64,000 nucleotides of DNA from Candidatus Micrarchaeia archaeon (GTDB lineage Archaea; Micrarchaeota; Micrarchaeia; Burarchaeales; Fermentimicrarchaeaceae). The DNA lies in assembly GCA_038871515.1 (NCBI GenBank), contig JAVZHX010000001.1, positions 32,001 through 96,000 on the forward strand, written 5' to 3'. Positions within the stretch are counted from its first letter, which is position 1. The number at the start of each line of letters is the position of its first letter. This document shows positions 7,699 to 15,917 of this stretch, piece after piece. The notes under the pieces are model-generated. The model ran no database searches and had not been told where the DNA came from. It saw only the letters and a list, made by a program, of their open reading frames with translations. A program made the translations under genes and the position numbers.

Positions 7699-10624
7699 AA
7701 TTGCAGCTCTGTTTCTCCTTCTGCTCTTTTTTACAGGTTGCTGTGGGATTACGTATGAACAGCTCTATCATTTGATTTCGTCAAACGAAACACAGACTGG
7801 AATTGATGTTTTCCCAACCAAAGCGGAGTGGACGTATATGGTTTATATGGACGGGGATAACAACCTTGAGCTAGCTGCAATTGCGGATTTTTTGGAGATT
7901 GAGCAGGGAGGCGGTTCAAGCGACAAGGTGAACTTCGTTGTGCAGATTGACCGCTCGGAAGGTTACTTCGCTGGTGAAGGAGATTGGAGTGGGGCAAGAA
8001 GGTATCTTGTTGGGAGCGGGGATGGACAGACAATCCACTCCCAGCCGGTGCAGGAGTTAGGAAAGGTTGACATGGGTGACCCAGACACTCTTTATGAATT
8101 TGTTTCCTGGGCAATTGATGAATATCCTGCGAAGAAATACGCGCTTGTTGTTTGGAACCATGGGGGTGGGTGGACTGGCATGCTGATGGATGATGGAGTG
8201 AACAGCAGCATGGATATGAATGAGATGCGACAGGCATTATCGCGCATAAAGCAGAAGCTTGGCAGAAAGATTGACGTTATAGTTTTTGATATGTGCCTTA
8301 TGGGGCAGTATGACGTGATGCTTGACACGTATGAGTATGCGGATTACATGGTTGCTTCTGAGGAAGTTGTTCCGGGATACAGCCTTGACTACTCCGCAGT
8401 TGTGAGCTCTCTCAGAGCAAACCCATCTATGACTCCAAAGCAGCTTGCTGTTGTTGAGGTGGAGAAGTTCAGGGAGTTCTACGCGGAAAAACAGCATGCG
8501 ACAACAATGGCGGCTTATGATTTATCAAAATTCCCGCAGCTGAAGAATGCGTTTGATGAGTTTGCAAAAGAGCTGACAAAAGTTGTGAAGAGCGGAAAGT
8601 GGAAGGATGTGGCGGAGATGCACCAATATGCAGAGCACTACCCGATGGGTGCTGCTGAGGAGAGAGTATTTTCGTTTGGAGACCTTTATGATTTTGCTTC
8701 AAATGCGGTTTCTTACTCGTATAACAATAATGAGCTGGTGCAGAAAGCGCTTGCGCTTCAGGAGGCGGTTAACAGCACTGTGATTTTGAACTATAACCAT
8801 CCAAAGCACTCACGCTCCTATGGAGTTTCATACTACTTCCAGCCAGCTAGATGGATATATGAAAAAATCAATGCAAACGACTACCCAAAAACAACTGCAT
8901 ATAACCAACCGGCATGGAGGGAGTTTCTCAGGGAATACTACGCAAGGGAGAATATCACATTAACCAAGCCAAGCATCTCCGAGTTCATGGTTTCACCAGC
9001 AGCATCTCTTGTGAGACCCATACGGTTCTCTTATACTGTTTTTGGCTCAAACCTTATGAAAAATCAGTGGTTGCAGTTTTACTATGAGAACGGGGAGTGG
9101 AAACTTGCTCGATTGGTAGGGCAGAGAGCAGTTACAAAGCTGCCTGACGGGAAGGTTGTTTATGGAATATCGGACGGGTTGAGCAAGGGGGTTGGGAGAA
9201 GCGCTCCGGTTGAGATGAGGTTGAGCGATGGGGTGAAAACAGTTAAGGCGAGTGTTGATAAAAGATGGCCTGCGGAGGACTTTGTTGTTGTTATGGGGTT
9301 GTTGCAGAGGGGAAATGATAAAGCAGATGCTCAGGTATACTTTTATGAATCAAACGGAAGCATAGCGCATGTTCAGGTAAGCGTTCAGGGGCCAGATGGA
9401 AAGCCGGTGATTGGTTATCTGCCTTACTTGGAAGAGGGGGATGTTTTCACTCCATACATTTTCAAACTTTCTCAGGGTTCATTAACTGCTGAGATGAGCC
9501 AACCACTCACATATTCAAAGAAGAGAGGATTTGAGGTATCTTGGCATTTGTTGGAACCAGGAACGTATATGGTTGCGGATATGCTGACGGACCTAGCGGA
9601 GCAAGCTACGTATGTGATTGGAAGTGTGAAAGTTGAGAAACAACCAACACTCACTCCTCTCAAAGAAGAGGATTTGAAGAAAAATTGGGAGTGCGGGCAG
9701 ATAGAGCAGGGAATAACAATTGTTTACCTTGCTAGCTTCAACTTCTCAGGAGGATGTGTTATGGAGGATGGGTTGGGGGTTTCGGAATGCGAGCTCACCT
9801 ACTCAAACAACGCAATCCCACACCTATATGTTTACATGAAGGATAGATTCGAAACCCTGCATTTCATCACATCAAGGATAAACGATTCAGCGATGTGGCT
9901 GTTTGAGCTTGCTGGAACAGACCCAATAATATGCGTGACAGCTGGAAGTAAACCACCCTCTCTGGATGTTTATAGAACGCTTTATGCAAGCGTAGGTGAC
10001 AAAGCAGAGGATTTGGAGGTGAGGGAGGTAAACCCGGAGGGAATGAAGGGAGAGTGGGAGAGCGAGGATGGGAAGATGGCGCTGAAGTTTAACTCAGATG
10101 GAACTTTTAGGTGGATGATAGGAAGCAATGCGATAACTGGAAGCTACACTGTAAATGTGAGTCATGTTTCGCTCAATGCAGTTGCGCCCTCACCGGAGTA
10201 TTCAACTGTTTTCAGGTATTTCAGAAGCAACCGCAAACTTGTTTTATATGATGTGACAGGCAGTGCGCTTGTTTTCAGCAGAAAAGGAGTGAAGTTACCG
10301 CAACCGTCAAACACTCCTGCACCCGCAGTTGCACCTGGTGCCACCCAGCCACAGCAAACACCGTACCAACCACCAACTCCCCCAAATGAACTTGTGGGAC
10401 AGTGGTATAATGGATATACAAACACACTGCTTGTGCTTGATGCAAGCGGTTACTACACGCTTCTTGATGGTTATTTCTACTACTACGGAACATATACTGC
10501 TCAGAACGGAGTGCTCAGTTTAACATACGTGGGGCAGACTTATCAGTATAAGTATACATTAAGTGGAAACACACTCACGCTGGAAGGACAAGGGATAAGG
10601 ATAACTCTAACCAGAGTTTCGTAA
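7688..10624 (+). CDS. Clostripain-family (C11) cysteine peptidase lipoprotein
   Basis: Lipobox FTGCC; WTYMVYMDGDNNLE, catalytic WNHGGGW and FDMCLM, VASEEVVPG. Confidence 0.9.
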   Translation: MNIRIAALFLLLLFFTGCCGITYEQLYHLISSNETQTGIDVFPTKAEWTYMVYMDGDNNLELAAIADFLEIEQGGGSSDKVNFVVQIDRSEGYFAGEGDWSGARRYLVGSGDGQTIHSQPVQELGKVDMGDPDTLYEFVSWAIDEYPAKKYALVVWNHGGGWTGMLMDDGVNSSMDMNEMRQALSRIKQKLGRKIDVIVFDMCLMGQYDVMLDTYEYADYMVASEEVVPGYSLDYSAVVSSLRANPSMTPKQLAVVEVEKFREFYAEKQHATTMAAYDLSKFPQLKNAFDEFAKELTKVVKSGKWKDVAEMHQYAEHYPMGAAEERVFSFGDLYDFASNAVSYSYNNNELVQKALALQEAVNSTVILNYNHPKHSRSYGVSYYFQPARWIYEKINANDYPKTTAYNQPAWREFLREYYARENITLTKPSISEFMVSPAASLVRPIRFSYTVFGSNLMKNQWLQFYYENGEWKLARLVGQRAVTKLPDGKVVYGISDGLSKGVGRSAPVEMRLSDGVKTVKASVDKRWPAEDFVVVMGLLQRGNDKADAQVYFYESNGSIAHVQVSVQGPDGKPVIGYLPYLEEGDVFTPYIFKLSQGSLTAEMSQPLTYSKKRGFEVSWHLLEPGTYMVADMLTDLAEQATYVIGSVKVEKQPTLTPLKEEDLKKNWECGQIEQGITIVYLASFNFSGGCVMEDGLGVSECELTYSNNAIPHLYVYMKDRFETLHFITSRINDSAMWLFELAGTDPIICVTAGSKPPSLDVYRTLYASVGDKAEDLEVREVNPEGMKGEWESEDGKMALKFNSDGTFRWMIGSNAITGSYTVNVSHVSLNAVAPSPEYSTVFRYFRSNRKLVLYDVTGSALVFSRKGVKLPQPSNTPAPAVAPGATQPQQTPYQPPTPPNELVGQWYNGYTNTLLVLDASGYYTLLDGYFYYYGTYTAQNGVLSLTYVGQTYQYKYTLSGNTLTLEGQGIRITLTRVS

Positions 10625-10664
10625 AACGATAGCTGTTTATTTTTTTACCTTTCATTAATATCAC

Positions 10665-11630
10665 GTGATTATCACAACTAAAGATTTAACTAAAAAATTC
10701 GGAAGCTTAATTGCAGTTGACAGGTTGAATATTGAGATTGAGGAGGGTGAAGTATTTGGCTTGCTCGGCCCAAACGGAGCTGGCAAAACAACCACAATTT
10801 CAATGCTCTGCACTTTATTAAAACCAACTTCTGGAAGCGCAAAAGTGAATGGATTTGATATAGTTAAACAGCCTGGTAAGGTTCGTTCATCAATTGGAAT
10901 TGTTTTTCAGGAGCCCAGTGTTGATGATTTGCTCACAGGTAGGGAGAATTTGGAGATGCATGCGCTGCTTTACAAGCTGCCAAGCGAAATAAGGAAGAGA
11001 AGGGTTGATGAAGTTCTGCAGCTTGTTGGTTTGGAGGATAGAGCAGATGAGTTAACTCGCTACTACTCGGGTGGTATGAGAAGGAGGCTTGAGCTTGCAA
11101 GGGGTTTGATGCATCATCCCAAAGTTTTATTTTTGGATGAACCAACACTTGGCTTGGATCCTCAAACAAGGGAACATATTTGGGAGTATATAAGGAAGTT
11201 GGCAAGGGAGGAGGAGATAACGATACTTTTAACAACGCACTATATGGAGGAAGCGGATTTGCTATGCGATAGAATTGCAATAATGGATGCTGGGAGGATA
11301 GTGGTGCTGGACAAATCAGAGAATTTGAAGAGAAGAGTTGGGGGGGATATTGTTGTGCTTGAGATGGATAAGCCTGATTTGAGAAAAATTAAGAAGCTGA
11401 GTTTCGTTGCAGGTGCTGAGATGAAAGATGGCTCGGTTCAGATAGTGCTGAAAGATGTGAACAGAAATCTTCAGAAACTTCTCAGCAAAGTTGGGAAGAT
11501 AAAATCTGTTGAGGTGAGGCGCGTGACGTTGAATGATGTTTTTATTCATTACACGGGCAAGCAGATAAGGGAGGGGGAGGAGGAAGGGGGTTTCTGGGAG
11601 AGGGTTGCCCGTTTTGAGGAGAGAAGATGA
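10665..11630 (+). CDS. ABC exporter ATP-binding subunit (DrrA-like)
   Basis: GPNGAGKTT, YSGGMRRRL, LDEPTLGLD. Confidence 0.95.
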   Translation: MIITTKDLTKKFGSLIAVDRLNIEIEEGEVFGLLGPNGAGKTTTISMLCTLLKPTSGSAKVNGFDIVKQPGKVRSSIGIVFQEPSVDDLLTGRENLEMHALLYKLPSEIRKRRVDEVLQLVGLEDRADELTRYYSGGMRRRLELARGLMHHPKVLFLDEPTLGLDPQTREHIWEYIRKLAREEEITILLTTHYMEEADLLCDRIAIMDAGRIVVLDKSENLKRRVGGDIVVLEMDKPDLRKIKKLSFVAGAEMKDGSVQIVLKDVNRNLQKLLSKVGKIKSVEVRRVTLNDVFIHYTGKQIREGEEEGGFWERVARFEERR

Positions 11631-12403
11631 GCGAGCTTGAAGCAGTTTATGCGATCTGGGTGAGGGAAGTTAAAGTTTTTATCAGGGAGAGGGAGAGGCT
11701 TCTCTCATCTTTCATCTCCCCGCTCCTCTGGCTTATTGCATTCGGTTCTGGTGTTGGGGCGAATGTTTCCCTGCAGGGAAGCCGTTACCAGGGGATAAGC
11801 TACCAGGCGTTTATCTACCCTGGAGTGCTGAGCATGGCGTTGCTTACAACTTCTGTTTTCTATGGGATGTATATTATATGGGACAGAAAGTTGGATTTTC
11901 TTAAAGAAGTTCTGGTTGCTCCAGTTTCAAGAACAAGCATATTCCTTGGGAAGATGCTTGGAGGATGCACTGATGTGCTGCTCCAGTCTCTTCTCCTGCT
12001 GATTATTGGAGTTTTTATAGGAATACCATTAACTCCGCTGAGTTTTGTTTATTCACTGCTCATCCTAATTTTAATGTCTGTTGCAATGGTGAGCTTAGGT
12101 TTGGTTACGGGCTCAAATTTAACAAATCAGGAGGCGTTTGGGCTTGTTATGAACTTTGTGGTTTGGCCACTTTTCTTCTTCAGTGGAGCTCTGTTTCCTG
12201 TAAGCAATTTACCTGCATGGCTTGCGGTTCTTACGTACTTGGATCCACTCACATACGGAGTTGATATGCTGAGGGGTGCTGTGCTTGGAGCGCACGTTCA
12301 AAGTTTTCCAACATACGTGAGTTTATCCGTTCTGCTTGGTTTCTCTCTTCTCATGATGTGGCTAGGAGTGATGAGCTTTGGGAGAATGCAACAGTCAAAA
12401 TAA
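11627..12403 (+). CDS. ABC-2 type permease (DrrB-like)
   Basis: Six TM helices; LKEVLVAPVSR, FSGALFP..LPAWL..DPLTYGVD. Confidence 0.9.
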   Translation: MSELEAVYAIWVREVKVFIRERERLLSSFISPLLWLIAFGSGVGANVSLQGSRYQGISYQAFIYPGVLSMALLTTSVFYGMYIIWDRKLDFLKEVLVAPVSRTSIFLGKMLGGCTDVLLQSLLLLIIGVFIGIPLTPLSFVYSLLILILMSVAMVSLGLVTGSNLTNQEAFGLVMNFVVWPLFFFSGALFPVSNLPAWLAVLTYLDPLTYGVDMLRGAVLGAHVQSFPTYVSLSVLLGFSLLMMWLGVMSFGRMQQSK

Positions 12404-12907
12404 TTAAAGTTTGAGAAATGTATCCTCTTTTATCTCATCAATTGAAACAAGGGTGACTGTTTTTGTTATTCCTTTTATCGTCCTTATTCTCTCATTCACA
12501 AATTTGCCAAGCTCATGAACGTTCTTGAACTTCACCTTTATCAATAAATCCCAGTCCCCGCTGATTGTGTGAGTTTCAAGCACCTGCGGGAGAGAAGCAA
12601 CCTTCTCCCCAATGTTGTGCTGGAATGTTTTCTCTCCGCCAATGTATTCTGTGCATGCCATTATGAAAGCAGTTACAGAGAAATCAAGCTTCTTCTCATC
12701 GAGAATTGCTCTGTAGGCTTTTATGATTCCCGTTCTTTCAAATTTATTTATTTTTTCGTGAACTGTTGACATGGGCATTCCAACTTCGTTTGCAAGCTGC
12801 TTGAGGCTTTTCTTGCAGTTCAGCTGCAGCTTTTCAAGCAACAACAAATCCTTCTCATTGAGCAAAATTTTTTCCAACTTATTCACCTCCACGCGTTTTT
12901 TTTCCAT
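12404..12907 (-). CDS. Lrp/AsnC family transcriptional regulator
   Basis: N-terminal HTH, GIIKAYRAILD, ISGDWDLLIKV RAM domain. Confidence 0.9.
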   Translation of the reverse strand: MEKKRVEVNKLEKILLNEKDLLLLEKLQLNCKKSLKQLANEVGMPMSTVHEKINKFERTGIIKAYRAILDEKKLDFSVTAFIMACTEYIGGEKTFQHNIGEKVASLPQVLETHTISGDWDLLIKVKFKNVHELGKFVNERIRTIKGITKTVTLVSIDEIKEDTFLKL

Positions 12908-13008
12908 ATTTTTTACATTTTAAACGTTTATTTATGTAAATTTTTCAAATTTTTTTGATAAAGTTATAAATATTACTAGTATATAAAACTTCTCTTGGAG
13001 GGTGGTGG

Positions 13009-13161
13009 ATGAGAAAGCTTGCTGCAGGTGAGTGGTTGAAAGGGCTTCTGGAAAGATTTAACGCAGGAGATGCAAGCAGCTTTCACACCTCTGTCTTTGA
13101 GAATGCATTTGAGGGAGTAAAAGCTAGGTTCAGGGAGTTAGGTGAGAGCAGGAAAAAATAG
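13009..13161 (+). CDS. Small hypothetical protein (50 aa, below the ORF-track cutoff)
   Basis: TATA-like element and GGAGGGTG RBS before ATG; MRKLAAGEWLKGLLERF... Confidence 0.45.
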   Translation: MRKLAAGEWLKGLLERFNAGDASSFHTSVFENAFEGVKARFRELGESRKK

Positions 13162-13261
13162 AAAGTGATTTCAAGAAGGAGGTTTGCGTAGGGGTCACCT
13201 TCTCTTTTCTGAAAAAAGAAAGCTTTTAATACAAATCAGTTTTAAAGTAGTTAGGGAGAGA

Positions 13262-13612
13262 ATGGCGTTTGTTTACAAGGGGTATGGATTCCTCACAAGC
13301 CTTATTTTTATTTTGGCGGATAGGTATATTCTGAAAAGGAAGCCAACTTTCCTTGAAACGCTTGGTGTTGTTTTCATAGGAAGGGTTACTCTTGATGCAG
13401 CTGTTTTTTCACTTTATTATTTCACAGGCGAGTGGTTCCTTGGGGCAACCCTGAATGATTTATCTGATTCCATACTGATTTTTGTTTTCTGGATAATCTG
13501 GTTCTTCTGCGAGAAGTATGATGAGAGAAGGGAGAGGAGCAAAAAAGCTGCTGAGGAGAGAGAAAAAGAAGAGAAAAGTAAAAAAGAGGAGCGCAAAGCT
13601 AGAGAAGCCTGA
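13262..13612 (+). CDS. Small membrane protein
   Basis: About 3 hydrophobic helices and a Lys/Glu-rich tail; ATG at 13262. Confidence 0.6.
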   Translation: MAFVYKGYGFLTSLIFILADRYILKRKPTFLETLGVVFIGRVTLDAAVFSLYYFTGEWFLGATLNDLSDSILIFVFWIIWFFCEKYDERRERSKKAAEEREKEEKSKKEERKAREA

Positions 13613-13688
13613 GCAACAATAAAGGTAAAATTGTGGCTTGGATGACGATTCAGAAAAACATTCTCAATAAGATCACTGTAATAATCTT

Positions 13689-13906
13689 ATGAGATATTCT
13701 CGTGAATGTGGGAAAAAACTTCTCAAATCAAATCTGAGGCTCTCTCCCGAATGCAGAGCTAAACTTTTCAAAGAAGCACTTCTTCTCCAGCTGTAGGAAG
13801 GCCACCTGTAGAACCTGTTGTAGGCAGGAGATCAAATTTCGGGCTTCTCGTTATACTTTTGGTTCTAGCTGAGATATCGCTGCAATGGGCTGTCTATGAG
13901 AGCTAG
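13689..13906 (+). pseudogene. Degenerate zinc-ribbon membrane protein remnant
   Basis: MRYSRECGKKL...LSPECRAKL resembles a CxxCG..CPxCG zinc ribbon with Cys-to-Ser changes; a TM-like segment follows in another frame. Confidence 0.45.
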
Positions 13907-14131
13907 ATAAAAGTAACTGAATGGAGCATCATTTCTTGCAGACTTATACAGCAAAATTCGTTTCGCCTCGGACGCTGTTGACCTCATCATTTTTTATCAG
14001 GGGTTGTTCATGTCCTCATCGGCAGTATTAATTTGCATTTCTCTGCTTAAATAGATATGCGAAGCTCGAGGGGCATAACCTTTATAAATTGAAATTGAGG
14101 AATAATTTGAGAATTGTACTGGGGGGATAGA

Positions 14132-15145
14132 ATGAGAAATACCACTCTGCTCGTTCTTTTGCTTCTAGTTTCTCTCATGTTTTTCGGCTGCGTGGATATG
14201 GGCGCTAAATCATGCAAACAGGATGAGGATTGCAAGGAGTGGCAGGTGTGCAACCTGAAAAGCGGGAAGTGCGTTGTGAGAGAGGGGTTCTGCGCTGCTG
14301 ATGTTGACTGCAAGGATTCAAGGATGGGTTGCAATCTTATAACTCACAGATGCGAGTTCAGAGGTGGCTTCTGCCTTGATGATTATGACTGCAAGGAGTG
14401 GCAGTTCTGCGATAACTCAACAAACAGATGTCAGGTGAAAGAAGGCAGATGCGATGTTGACGCGGAATGCAACAGATGGGAGAACTGCGATGTGAAGAAG
14501 CACAGGTGCGTTGCAAAAGCTGGCTTCTGCTCGGATATGTATGACTGCGCAAGCTGGCAGAACTGCAACGAGGAAACCCATCTCTGCGTTGCCGGTGCCG
14601 GTTACTGCAACGATGATGTTGACTGCGACAGATGGGAAACATGCAATGCAAAAACCCATCTCTGCACTCCAAAAACAGGCTTCTGCAACAATGACTTGGA
14701 TTGCGCTTCCCAGTATCTATGCGGTTCAGATCACAGATGCGTGCTCCGCAGCGGTTACTGCTTAAACGACTCCCAGTGCGGTTGGTGGCAGCTCTGCGAC
14801 CAAAAAACATTAACGTGCAAAGCAAAAAGGGAGTACTGCGATACGGAAAAGGAGTGCGGGAGTTGGGAGATATGCAATGGAATAACACACAAATGCGAGC
14901 CAAAAGCAGGTTATTGCTCCAAGGATAGTGACTGCGGTGAGTGGCAGAGGTGCAACGAAAAACACATCTGCGTTACAAGAGGGGGAATGTGCGGTTCAGA
15001 TAAGGAGTGCGGAGCAGATGAGAGATGCGATTTGACTCCAGGAAGCCCAACCCTGTATACGTGCGTGAGGAGAAACATCCCATGCACGGGCGATTGGGAT
15101 TGCCCTGGCTCAACATGTAACCTTCAAACAAGGCTGTGCAGGTAG
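14132..15145 (+). CDS. Cys-rich repeat lipoprotein (12 four-Cys repeats)
   Basis: Lipobox FFGC; ~26-aa repeat GxCxxDxDCxxW(Q/E)xCNxxTHxC. Confidence 0.85.
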   Translation: MRNTTLLVLLLLVSLMFFGCVDMGAKSCKQDEDCKEWQVCNLKSGKCVVREGFCAADVDCKDSRMGCNLITHRCEFRGGFCLDDYDCKEWQFCDNSTNRCQVKEGRCDVDAECNRWENCDVKKHRCVAKAGFCSDMYDCASWQNCNEETHLCVAGAGYCNDDVDCDRWETCNAKTHLCTPKTGFCNNDLDCASQYLCGSDHRCVLRSGYCLNDSQCGWWQLCDQKTLTCKAKREYCDTEKECGSWEICNGITHKCEPKAGYCSKDSDCGEWQRCNEKHICVTRGGMCGSDKECGADERCDLTPGSPTLYTCVRRNIPCTGDWDCPGSTCNLQTRLCR

Positions 15146-15907
15146 TCACTCCCTTATCAATTTTTCTATTCTGTCACATATGTCAAAGAAGACAGGGTGT
15201 CTTTGGTAATCAGCCCTTGGGCGAGGCAAATCTATAGGGATATCACCTACTACTTTCGCAGGCCTTTTTGATAGAACAATCACCCTGTCTGCCATGAAAA
15301 CTGCTTCCTGTATGAGATGAGTTACCATTAGTATTGTGTTTGTTGGTATGCTCGTATCCCTCCATATATCAAGCACATCTGCTCTGAGAGTTTGAGCTGT
15401 AAGCGCATCCAGCGATGAAAAAGGTTCATCCATCAAAAGGATTTCTGGCTCAACGGCAAGCGCTCTTGCTATTCCTACCCTCTGCTTCATCCCTCCTGAA
15501 AGCTCAGGTGGGTATGCATTCTCAAACCCCTCAAGCTCACATAATTTTATGTAGTGGCTTGCGATTGCATGCCTCTTTATTTTTGGTATTCCAATTGCTT
15601 CCATGCCAAGCTCAATATTTTCACGCACAGTTAACCAGGGGAGAAGCGCAAATGTCTGAAATATCATGGTTGACCTTCTTGGGTCAGGTCCTTGTATTGA
15701 CTCGCCGTTGAAAAGCACCTCTCCAGAAGTTGGCTTCTCCAAACCAGCAATTATTCTTAGCAATGTGCTCTTCCCGCAACCGCTCTGCCCAAGTATGCAA
15801 ACAAACTCGTGGGGTTGAACGTCAAACGTTATGCTGTTCAAAACTCTTATCCTCTCCCCATTCTTTGTGAAGTATTTGCTAACATGCCTGAGGCTCAGAA
15901 GCGGCAT
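15146..15907 (-). CDS. NitT/TauT-family ABC transporter ATP-binding protein
   Basis: GQSGCGKST, LSGGMKQRV, LMDEPFSSLD. Confidence 0.95.
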   Translation of the reverse strand: MPLLSLRHVSKYFTKNGERIRVLNSITFDVQPHEFVCILGQSGCGKSTLLRIIAGLEKPTSGEVLFNGESIQGPDPRRSTMIFQTFALLPWLTVRENIELGMEAIGIPKIKRHAIASHYIKLCELEGFENAYPPELSGGMKQRVGIARALAVEPEILLMDEPFSSLDALTAQTLRADVLDIWRDTSIPTNTILMVTHLIQEAVFMADRVIVLSKRPAKVVGDIPIDLPRPRADYQRHPVFFDICDRIEKLIRE

Positions 15908-15917
15908 ACTCCCACTT

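Noticed and set aside
14132..15145. Possible multiheme cytochrome or ferredoxin
   Set aside because: No CxxCH or CxxCxxC motifs; Cys spacing fits disulfide repeats
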